From Eutreptiella sp. 'Long Island Sound 2002' (lineage: Eukaryota > Protista > Euglenida), in assembly GCA_964036045.1 (NCBI GenBank), contig OZ038378.1, positions 3,038,001 through 3,102,000 of the forward strand: 64,000 bases of DNA, given 5' to 3'. The translations under genes were made by a program, and so were the position numbers. Positions 47,701 through 59,700 of the stretch are shown in pieces; the first letter of the stretch is position 1; every line of letters starts with the position of its first letter. Below the pieces are notes generated by a model, which worked only from the letters and a program-made list of their open reading frames with translations, had not been told where the DNA came from and did no database searches.

Positions 47701-50700
47701 GTGGAACATGAAGGACAGGCTGTGGAGCCCAGCTGGCTTGTACTGGAGTGTCCCTAACAACGACACAGGGGCTGGTGCTATGGGCGGGTCTGAAGTGCCA
47801 GTGGCATTTACGGTGTAGGGCCAAGCACCAGAGGGTGCCCCTAGTGCTGGCTCAGTTACAGTGTCAAACATGAAAGAACTGAAGAAGCAGTGTCGAAAAA
47901 CGTGGGCATGGTCTTCCAATTTTGCATCCAAAAGACACAGCTTCCCCCTGGCCGCTCTATTCATGTACCTACTGGCAGCGTTTAGCAGAGGCAACGCTTG
48001 ATAAAACCTTCGTCCCGGGCCAGCAAATGCAATTTGTCCAACTTCTGCCGAGGGCAGCGAAGGACATGTCGTGCCCTCAACGAGACCTGCAGTAGTTAAT
48101 TGGCTGGCCGCAGGGCTGGTTTGACAACCCCTTATGCCCGGTATGTTTTAGGCTCTGCTGGCCAAGCCCACCGCGGCCCAGCCGGCTGTACCAGTGAATA
48201 AGCTGTGAGCGTTCCCAGAGTGATTCTGGAGAGTGACAACCATCGTCGCTTTATGGCCAAGCTACGGTTGGAGATGCCAGGGCGATTGTGGGGGGTGGTG
48301 ACCATTGCTGGTTTATGGCCAAGCTACGGTCTTGTTCAGGCTACAGAGCGCGTAGGGACCGTATTAATTTGGGACATAATTTGATTCGGTACCAATTTTG
48401 CTGCAACGACATAAGACAAGGGTTTGGGGTTAAAATGTCACGTTTGTGGGCCGAGGGATGTTTGAGTGTTCTTGTTTGCCCAATGGTGCCCACAAATGTT
48501 CATTTGAAGGGGCCCTGGGCATTATCCTCACCCGTTGCTTGCACCAGCACACCATTTCCCATTTCCATGTGCTGCGCACAAGATACGGTCTTGTCTAAGC
48601 AACAGTAGGCGTAGGAACCGTATTAATTTGGGACTTTTCCATAGCTTTGACAAGGGGAGGGGGTGTACCATGTCCCCGGGCATGCATGCAGCACACATCA
48701 TGGGCAAGCGATATCTGAGACATAGGCATGGGCCTTGGCATCGCGTGGGCATGGATCCAAGTGTACTTGAAGGCTGGTAGGGTGCCCTGTACGGTGTAGT
48801 ATGACCGGTGCGCAGTGTCATGTTGTTTGTGTGACATGGTTGTTGGTGGAGGTCTGAGGCGGTGTGTTTGTGGTGGGTTTGTTGGGGTTGGAATGTGTAT
48901 TTTTGACCTGGCTGGCAGCCTGTTCCATGCAAGAGGATCTACTCACCAGGCGGCTTCCTCATGTTTATGGTCCTGCTCTGCGTTGAGCAGGGCCGTTTGG
49001 ATATCTCCCTCCCCCGGCTCCGCATTCTGCCTTCAGGGTCCACCCACCCTCAGTCCAAGCACAGAACAATCAGAAACCGCGTGGTCTGTGGCGCAGGGAA
49101 CACACTGCAGTCGCAAGGCTGTGGGCACAATGCCTCCAACTGCAGCAACCTTGAACCCCCTGGCCCGTGCTACAATTTCCACATCAAATGTAGCGGGTTG
49201 CACCCTCCAAACTTCAGGTCTGGGAATGACTGAAATTGGAACCTGCCAGCGCTGGCAGGGGAATGGATGCCACTGGCGCAGCAGGCCGGCATTGTGAGCT
49301 TTCCCCAGGACGGCTGCTGTCTGCCATCCATCTCCGCATTCGTCGCCAAATGATATAGCGAGTCACCCACCAACTGACAGTCAAGACAATTGTGGCTTTG
49401 GCCATGTACCACGTTTGTTGTGCACACAGTTTTTAAGTGCACAAACTTGTGTTGGCCTCTGACCCACCCACTGACTCATGCGCCCAGGTACAACTCGGGG
49501 TGGTGTAACCCCCCAGGCCCCGTCCGGACTGGGCCAAATGCGTCCCACCCACCAATATCAGTCGAAAGGGAGGGTGGGGGCGTCACAACAAGCATACCTC
49601 CAAAGGATCGCCACGTTGTGCTCATCATCTGAGGTGGTGTATACTACGGTAAAACAAAACTGGGCTAGACACTAAGGCCCCCACGCCCATGCACAAGCCC
49701 ACGCTCACGCCCGGGCCCATCGCCGGGTGCACACAGAGTGGACAAGGGCAATAGCAAGGGCCTGAACTGTGCAGGGTCAGCAGAGGACTGACCCAGGAAT
49801 CCGTTTGTTGGGTGCAAGGGCCCTAGGGCCTCGGGGTTCTCAGGGACCCTGGGACCGGAGGACAGATGAACGGCGCGCTCAGAGCCCAGTTGCCCCCCTG
49901 GGCTGCGTGCCCCTGTTTGAAAGGCACAGTTCTGCACACCAATCCCAATGACTCACGCGGATGTGTAATTGCACAAACAGCAGGCACAGCCCTGGTACGC
50001 CGGGGATACAGCTGCCCCCTTGTGTGGTGTGGTATGGTATGGGATTGTAGCGCTCAGGGTACGGTACGGTGCGCTGCGGTGCGGGATGGGATGGGATGGG
50101 ATGGGATGGGATGGGATGGGATGGGATGGGATGGGATGGGATGGGATGGGATGGGATGGGATGGGATGGGATGGGATGGGATGGGATGGGATGTTTTGTT
50201 TTGTTTTGTTTTGTGAAAAACGCTTTGGCCAGGGTCGTACTGGTCCCCTCCCGGAGATTACCCATCTTCTCTTCGGTGGTGCGCTTCCCTTTCCCTTTTA
50301 TTACCCGTGCCTTTTTTTTTCTTTCAACTTTTTTTTTTTCCTGAAAATTTTCGTGTCTTCCTGAAATTGTACTGCCAAAGAAAACAAAACAACCTGCCAC
50401 TGGCTTGTACCGGCAGGTACCTTTTCTGGTTTTTCTCATATCTTTCTGGTAGATGTTGTTTCTGCTGTAGATTGATTGTTGCACCTATTTTTGTGTGATC
50501 CTGACTCTTCTGTCCTTTGCCTACCCCCTGCACAAGACACACACTGCACCATTTGCTCATGTGATGTCTCTGCTGCTGCACTGTATTTCTGGGGCCTTTG
50601 TGTCGCTTCTGCGCATCAGCACCAGGGCCTGCTGCGTTGTGGCAGTGCTCTGTGCAGAAAAGCTTTGACTGTCTGTGATGTTACAACGTCCCACTGCCAC

Positions 50701-53700
50701 ATGGTGGCTCAGTGGTGTGCTGCCCGTGCTAGGGAATGCCCTGCTGCACTGCGGCTGCTTCTGTTATCTGGATTACCTGCTGACCTGAACCTGTGCACGA
50801 CGTTTGACTTGCTGGACATACATACGGCTGCTCCCTTTTGTGGGGACTGGACCGTTGACTGGACTTTTTATATAGGTCACCTGGGCTTCTGTGCCTGTTG
50901 CTGGACATTTTATATACTGCACCCGGGCATCCGTGTCTGTTGCTGGTTGCTGTTACTGGTCTGACGTTGCTCATCGTCTCGTGTATGGCTGCTGCCATTG
51001 TTTGGGGTACCCCTTGGTACCTCCTTTTGGGCCTCTGTCTCCTTTGGCCCACGTCGAGCTGCGGGCGTACCTCATGGCAGAGCCTTTGCCTCCTTTTCCT
51101 TTTGCTTCGCGATGTCCTGCAGAAGAGTCACAGCGTTCCTGCACACATCTGGCTGCACTCCCTTCACTATATCCCGGTCCCTGATCACCCACTTGACGTA
51201 CTGCTCATTTATCTCCAGACACCACAGCTGCATGCCATTATCCATTCTGCACCTGTCCATTCCCACGCACTGCCAACCAGACACCAGTACACCCCTCTCC
51301 CCTGTGATCCTCTGCTTTGCGCTTCCCGTATAATCTGACCTTTTTCTCCTCCATCTTCTCCTACCCACACATCCGGTACTCTCCTGGTCCATTCTGCCGC
51401 TCCTATGCCTTCTGGAGATTGCACCAGTAGTGCCACCACTGTATCTGCTCGTGGCCTTGTTGCTGAGATGAGGGTCCACCATGTGTGGAGGGCCATGGGT
51501 TTGACTGCTCTTTTTCGTTTTTTCACTTGACCTACTGCAATTCTGCAGTTGGTTCCTGCTTGCCAGTCTGCCAGTAGTCTGTTGTGCTGGTCCGTCTTTA
51601 TCTCTGGTTCCTCCGCTGCATACACTATGGCATATGCTGCTTCAAGGGTTCTGAACACCACTGATTTGGGGTGCTGCACCCCCACTCTCGCTAGTGGCAC
51701 CGTGATTCCTTGTACTGGACCTATGCCCAGCCACACTGGCCACACTGTTCTGTTGGAGTGTTTCTGTGGTTGCAGTGCACTCGCTCTGGAGGGATGTGAC
51801 CATACTATGTCCACTTGTGGCTTCCCTTGTATCCGAACCCCCCCCCCCCCATGTCGGGGTGATACGTCCTGCCTGTACTCCCTCAGTGATGAGTATCTGG
51901 CACACCTCCTGCACCCATATGTATATCCTCGTTTTGGTCACTATGCATTCATGTAGTTGATGGTGCCTGACGCTCTCACACCACAGCCCACACTTGTCAC
52001 AGTGTTGTTGTTTTCCTTCCCATTCCCACTCTGCTGCCTCAGCATACAGACTCCATGTTCTGATTTCTCCCCAGTCTCTTATGCTCAGTGGTTGTAGTCT
52101 TTGCCATGCTCTCTGTGCCTCCTTTGCTTCTGGGAACACTCTGGTCCATGTACGCTGCTGTGGTGCTGGTGTCCTGTCGCTCTCTTCACTGCGCAGTGCC
52201 GACGTTGTGTGCTGCAGGAGGTATTTCTTTATGTCGATGACGACCTCGTCATTCACAAATGGCAGAACCACTGCTCCGTCTGTCCACACTTGTGGTAGGC
52301 GCAGTGGTGTGCCTCTGCCCTTGGCCCCTTCTTTGGCCTCCTTGTCCATTTCCTGGTTTGCCTGTGATATTCAGTCTTGCTGTTGACTGTCATGCTGTGC
52401 CTGTACCCATCCCCACTCCAAGGGTACTGTCGCTTCCTGTCCCATGGCTATTATTCTGTCCATGATGGATGCTGGTCGTTGTTGCAACTGCCCTAACGCC
52501 AGAGACTGGATTGCTTCCAGGCTGTCTGACCATGCCCATACCTTCTGGACTGTTACTTCTGATTTCCTGATGGCATGGAGCACTGCCTCCAATGCCATCA
52601 CGATCATGGTGGCCTCTACCAGCTTTGTACTGAGTCCTTGTGCCCTGATTGTCACCCGTTTCTTCAGCCACACATTGCCTTCTTCATCCACCACCATTGC
52701 TGCTCCCCCCCACTGCTCTATGTTGCTGGCATCTCCGAATATGTATAAGACCCTGACCGTCGTGATTTCCTCCGGCCTCTGTAGGGTCCGTACTTCTCCT
52801 TGTTGTGATTCCACCCTGATGAACGTGATGCCCATGCTGTGGACTCTTGCTCTCAGTCTCTTCACATCCTTGTCCCACCTGTGGAGATCTTCTGACTGCC
52901 AGTGTACCCGGGTTGTCTCGTTCAGCACCTGACTGGGGCTGTTCATTGCCTTGTGATACTCCACTATGGCTGTGACCCACATCTGTGTGTCCGGGCCTGG
53001 TCTCCCTATGATGTCATATACACATTCTCTAGGTGTTCTCCTGGGTATGCCAAACGCTCCCCTGAATGCTCTGGTCACCATGCCTGTCAGTTCACTGATT
53101 TGTCCCTCTGTTGGAATGTTTACCACGCATTTGTACACCATGCGATTCTCCACCAGTCCCTCGATGACTGCGATGGTAACTCCTGCTGACACTGGCCACC
53201 TGGCCAATTGCCCTATCACTCTGTTGGTCCATGTCTTGATGACCTTCCTTATGGCTGCATATCCTCCTGTGATGTTGGCATTCCCTCCTAGTAGTTTGAC
53301 ATGTGCATGCCTGTTTTCTGTGATGACCTTGTCTGCTCCCCATTTGACCTTGAACTTATGCAGTGCTATGTTGTCGTTCACCACCTTGAACCCCAGCACT
53401 TTCATTTTCCCACTGTGGTTCCTTTGCCCCAGTGTATGGATTGCACTCCTCAGTGTGTCAGCGAGGTGCTGAGTAATTTCTGCCACGTCTTTTGCTGGTG
53501 CTGCTGCTGCTGCTGCCGTGTCATCCACATACCCCATGGAGCCTACTGTTTCCTCCCCGAGTATGACCCTTAGCTGCACTCCTACACCTGCTTCCCGTAC
53601 TGCCAGGTGCAGGAGGTGCATGGGGATGATGTACAATAGGGGGTCCAGTCCCCCCCCTTGTAGTACTCCATCGATCTGTTTATACCACTCGCTGAGCCCA

Positions 53701-56700
53701 TAGGCTGTGACTACGTATGTTCTCAGATGTTCATACAGCTCCAGCACTCTGTTCACTGTGTCCCTGACGTCTGGTGTGCCTTGCTGTGCCACGACTTTGA
53801 TTGACTGTCTCATGACTTCGTCAAAGGCCCCCACTATGTCCAGCAGTAACACTCCCACTGCCCCCTTGGTGGCCAGTGCCTGTGTGATGAGCATGTGCAT
53901 GAGCCTCCTCATGCCATGCACTGAGCTGCCTTTGTATCCCGCAAACTGTCTGCCTGCCGACCACCTTGGTCTGGTCATGGTTTGTACCAGGGGAGCCAAT
54001 AGTCTTGCCTGTATGCGCAATAGCGCTGACAGGATTTTTATGGGCCTTGTGTTCTTGTTGACATTGCACCCCTCTGACTTGTGTGCTGTCATGTGCAGTA
54101 CTTCTTTCACTTCTTCCGGCCACTGTTCGTACCCCGTCTTGAGTATCTGGATGAACTGGTGTGCTGCATGTATTCCAAACAGTTTCACAAATGCTGGGGT
54201 GAACCCATCCACTCCTGCTGTTTTGTTTACCATCTCTCCTTTTCTGTGGACCAGAGCACTTATTGAGACTGGTCCTGCCCCTTTGCGGATGATGGACTCC
54301 GCCGCCCTCTCCACTCGTTGTGGGCGTTCATCTTTCACATGTTTTCCCACCAGGTCCTCCACCCATTCCACTGGTACCCGCGTAGTGTGTGCTGGGTACT
54401 TTTTGAGACACTCCTTGCTGACCACTTTGAGAATTTCGTTTCCTTCCACTGTGCACTCACGATCCGTGTCCTCCACCTGGTGCAGTATTTTGAAGGGATT
54501 TGCCGCCTTCAATCTGAGTATTTTCAATGTTCTCCCCGCCATCCCTGGCTGTGATACTTGACGCCACTGCTCCACCGTGGTCTCCCAGTATTTTGCTGTT
54601 AGTGACTGCTGCACCCTGTCTCTTACTCTCCAGCCTTTGCCCTGGACCACTCTCTTGAGCTGCCGGATTGTTTCTCTGTCATCCTTTGTCTCCGTTTCCA
54701 ACTGGTTCCTGAATTCCCTGTTGACGATGACCACTGTTTCTCGTATCATATGCATCCATTGCTGTGGTGTTGTCCTTCCTCCACTGAATGCCTCCACTAA
54801 GTCTGAGAACATCACGTTGTGGCGTTTGTCCCATTGCAGGGGTGTGACTGGCTTGGTGTCTGATGGGGCTGCTCCTGCTGCCAGTTCTACTTCTCCCTTG
54901 ACCCACACCACTAGGTGGTCCCCTACTGGAGATAGCCATACTCCTCTCTGTTGCTGGTTTATTCCTTTTATGATGAAGAAGTCCTTTGGCAGATGTTGGC
55001 GACCTGTCATGTACGCCACGGTCCTGCCCTTGGTAAGAAGCGTGGCTATGGTTTCTCTGTGGAACCGTATGTCTCGATTCCAGTCTCCACCTACTGCCTC
55101 CCGGTCATGTGGGGTCTTGTCCGGTGTCTCCAGCATTTCCACCATCTGCCCCTTACACTCATGAGGTTCGTTCTTCTGGGCCATGTGTACTGATCCTACT
55201 ATTCCCAGACCCATGGCATTGCGTACCAATACAATGAGTGCACTGGGTACATCCAGCAGGACTGCTTGTTTTCGTGCCCAGGCAAGTCGCACCCACACTT
55301 CATTGGCCTGTCCCACTTTCGTGTGTTGTGACTGTTGCATCCAGTATCCTGCTATGGTTCTTTGTCTCTCCTTCTTCCGCGACCCCCACATTTCTTGACA
55401 CGCCAGCACGTCCGCTTGGGTTTCCACTACCACTGTGGTCACCTCATCCCATTTTCGAGTGGGTGTTTCCTTCTCTCTGTTGATGCCTTGGCAGTTCACT
55501 GATACCAGACTGTATCTCATTTTCACCTGTTGACTGTTCTCTGGTACCATCATTGCCTTCCACGCTCGTTGTTCATATTGTTGTCGTCCCCAGTGTGGAG
55601 CACTCCAGTTGATTCTTATGGCTCCTCTGCCATGCCCCTCTGTGTATTTTACCAGTTCGTCCCTCCAGTGGCGCTCCTGAGGATCCCATTTCGTTATGTT
55701 GCATATTTCTGCCCACCATGATCCTATGTCTGTTTCTTCTGTTTGCCTGCGTCTGTTGATTCCTGTCTCCTTCACCAGTACTTGATGCTGCCTCCCATGG
55801 CCCCATATGTGCATTACTATCCAGAGTTTGACTGTGACCTCTTCATTGCATTTCTGTGCCATGGGGAAATTCAGTATTCCCACTCTCTCAAGTGCTGCTC
55901 CTTCTGTCCACAGTGTGAACTTAGTCTCCCCACACTGCAGTATCCCCGAGTGCAGCTGCTCTGCGCCGCCGATGGCTGGTCTTCCCGGTAGTTTGACTAC
56001 CCTGTGGGCCATCATCTCATGCGGTGTCCCACTACCAGTCCATTTGGGACCCAAGATTCTGGTTACTGCGACTCTCTGATCCCCTTGACGTAAGACTTCA
56101 CTGTGGCTTCCTGTTCGTCTTGTTGGCGGCTGTACTCTTTCCCCTGCCAGGGTTAGTGTGCCACTGTCCTCTGTAGGGCATGCCATTGTTTGCACTGGGT
56201 GGTATCCCCCTGTTTTGTGTTTTTTATTCTGCTTGTTGAGCCTTTTGTACGCCTTGGACTGAGTCAGTTGTTGCAGTACCCACGGCGGTGCATCCTGCAT
56301 CCCATGTCCTCTGCTTCTGACGACCACCTCAAACTGATCTGCTGCTTTGTCCCACTCACTCTCTGTGGAGTTTAATGGGTGTCTTTCGTTCTGTGATCCT
56401 TCTGGTCTCTTTTGAAAACCGTTCTGAATACCCCATATGCCATGTCTCTCTGCTATTTCTGCAATGTCCCGTTGGGCATCTTCCATGCCTGCTGTGAACG
56501 TCACTGTTCCTCCCATTTCTGTGCATTGTCCAAATCCCCACAGGGATATGAATGCATGTTGTGGACTATACGGGGGCACGAGACACCACACTGTTTGATC
56601 TGTGAGCGCATCCACAATCACACCTGTCGCTGCCACCTCCACTGCTGCTTCCGGCTTGGTTTGCTGTGGTGATGGGATCCTTGCCGCGATCTTTTTCAGG

Positions 56701-59700
56701 CCATCCAGCATGGATAGCTCCTTGATTTCTATTTCGTCTGACCGCTGCATGGGGTCTCTCGCTGCAGAGACTCGAAATGAGTCCCTATACGCCCCTGATA
56801 GGGCCGTGTCCAGTTGTTCCCCTGGGACAAACATGACTACTTCGTTGTATTGTCTCTGCATGTCTCTGAATGTCCTGAAGTCCAGCGACAGCATCCCAAA
56901 CACTTCTTCTGCTGCCGAGTATGAGTCTATTGCATCTGTGTATTGGAACCCTGTCAGGAGCACTGGTCGAAGTCGTTTGGCTCCTCTTGTGAGTCGCTGA
57001 ACTACCACTTTGTTCACTCCTTCACCCGTTTTCCACACTCCGGTAGGGGTATCTGCTGCTGCACTGCCATGGGACGTGTCCTCCTTTGCTGGGGGCTTCA
57101 GGTTGTCCTGGACTTCTTCTGCCTGTTCCTCTACATCCTCATCGCCATCTGTCTTGTTAGTGTCATCTGGCAGTATTACCCTTTGGGCTGCGCCTTGATT
57201 GTTCTTGGCGTACTTCCTGCTCCTCTCCGTCGGCGTTGATGACTTTTTGGGTGACCACTTCCTGGCTTGTGCTCTGTCTCGATCCTGTTGTTTGGTGTGT
57301 TCCGCCTCCTTTGCCCTCTGGGCTCTGGCCTTATCTTCTTCCTCTAATCGGTCTCTTCTGACGTATCTCACATATTTGACTAGCACTTTGGCCCACCATT
57401 TGACTTCTGATCGCGTCGCCTCTGTGATTCTTTTCCGCACTGCTGAGTATATGCCCGTTGCTGGCAGCAGTAGTATGGCCATGTCAATCTCATCCTCGTA
57501 TTCTTCTGCCACCAGGGCTTGCAGTCTGTCCTCTTCTGGGATGTTGAGGTCGTGCAGTGATTCCAGTAGGGCCAGTACTTTTTTCATTTCCGTTTGATCG
57601 GTGTCTCCTCTGGGTCTTTCTTCCTGCTGATTGGCTGTCAAGGGGGGGTCTCCTTCATCCCCTGGTTCTGACCTGGCATCCAGGTCTCTGTACATCTTGG
57701 GCCATGCCATATTCCACATCGCCCTGGCCTCTGCGTCCTTCATGATGATGCTTGCTGACCATGTGGTCAGCAGTCCTTTGTCGGAGACTCGTCTTACCAC
57801 CTCTACTATGGCATCTAGTAGTGAGTACTTGCTGCGGATCCCCATCAGTCGTGCTCCTGCCTTCGGGGCTATGTCTTGTACTACATCTTTTTCCTCATCA
57901 GGTTGCAGCTTCAGCATCATTGTGTTCCAGGTCGCCGTCTCCACATCTGGTTTGAGTCTGGTGATCTCTGTTATCACCGCTTGCTCTACATCTCCACAGA
58001 GGAGGTGCATTGTCATGAGCCTGGCTCTATGACTGCCTGGTTGCAGCCATAGTCCCAGGGTCTCCGTCGCTGCGTCTCCGTTCTCTGGCTCCCATCTTAT
58101 TTTCTTGGGATCGCCTTGCACTGCTCGGACTTTGCCCCACGATGTTTGTATGGCTGGCGGCATCGTGTTCCTGTATAATACCAAGAGTACCAGTGTTTGC
58201 TGTGCTCTGTGTCTCTGTTTACTTGCTGTCGGCAGCCATCGTAGCTTACTATCGACGTCTGCTTTGTTGTTGTGCAGTCTGGCACTCGTGTCCAGCTGCT
58301 GGTGCTGTGCTTGCCAGCCGGTTTCTCTCTTGTGGGGCTCTCGTGACCCTCTTCTCAGATTTATTCTTGCTCTTCTCTGCTCCGTGAAGCCATTGACTCG
58401 CCTTTCTACCTCAGCACTCGGGCACTCGTGACCCTTGTGGCCGTCTGTCTGTGCATCGGCTCCCGCGGCCTTCTTGCACCTTGTTTGATTTTCGTTCTCC
58501 TGTTTCTTGTTTCTGGGTACTCATGACCCACATGCACTGTCACCCTGTTTATCTCTTCAGGCCATCGTGGCCAGCCCACTTTCGTAGTGGTCTCTTTTCA
58601 CGTTATCTTGTGTTTTCTGCACAGACCATGTCATCTGTGTTTGACTGCTGTTCGCTCCGTGGAGTCCGTGCTCCGTTATGCACTGCAAGCACACACGTGG
58701 CACAGATTGATGAGGTTCTGGGCAACTGCCCTAATTGTACATGATTGCACAGTTCTGACGTTTCATGTCTTCTGGAGTAGCCAGCGGTGTGGTCTGTTGT
58801 TCCAGGCATCTAGCTCCCTCCCTGTCTTGGACAGGTGGAGTCCAGGCATCCAGCTCCGTGCTTGCCGCACTCTTGAGTCTGGGTCTCTTCACCGGCCGTT
58901 CCGTTCGGTGGCATCTAGCTCCCTGCTCTTTGCAGTTGGAGTCTAGGCATCCAGCTTCGTGCCTGTGGCACTCGAAGTCTGGGTATCTGGTGCTGCCCTT
59001 TGCATCCCTTGCATTCTGGTTGCTGTGCTGTTTTTCAAGGGGACTGCGACTTTATGATCTGTGAGTCATCGGTAGATGTACTGTCTGGGCATCTAGCTCT
59101 CTGTTCATTGCAGCTGATGACCAGGCATCTAGCTTCTCGTCGAAGACTAGGTATCTGTTCCTGATATCTTCTTTTCTCAGGCCTCTTCATCTGGACTATT
59201 GTGCGGTTGCTCCTTTTTGTCCAGGCATCCAGCTCGCTGCTCGTAGCAGTTGGAGTCTGGGCATCCAGCTCCGTGTATCCCACACTTGGAGTCTGGGCAT
59301 CTGGCCCTGCACATTGCTGTGACTGGGTCCAGGCATCCTCGCTGGTGCGCTTCTGCACAGCTCAGCTGGGCATCTTGGTCACCAATCCTGTTTTTGCTCT
59401 CACCCTTTTGTCTTTCGGACTGTCGGTGGTTTCCACCTGTCCTGACTTCTTGTCCTTCACCCTTGGCTGTTGATGTCTGGGCTTCTTGTGTACTGCCCTG
59501 GGCACTCACTATCCTGGGACCCGGTTGCTCTGCTGGTCCCAGGCAGGTGGTGCTGCGCTTTGGGTTACCACCTGGTCTGATTGTGTGCGTTTCCCCTTTT
59601 CCATAAATCTTGTTCCCCTCCAGTTGCTGGTAGAGATATGTTGCCTGACTCTGACTGTCTGCCCTGTGTACTCTCCATTTCTCTTCTCGTCCGTAGTGCC

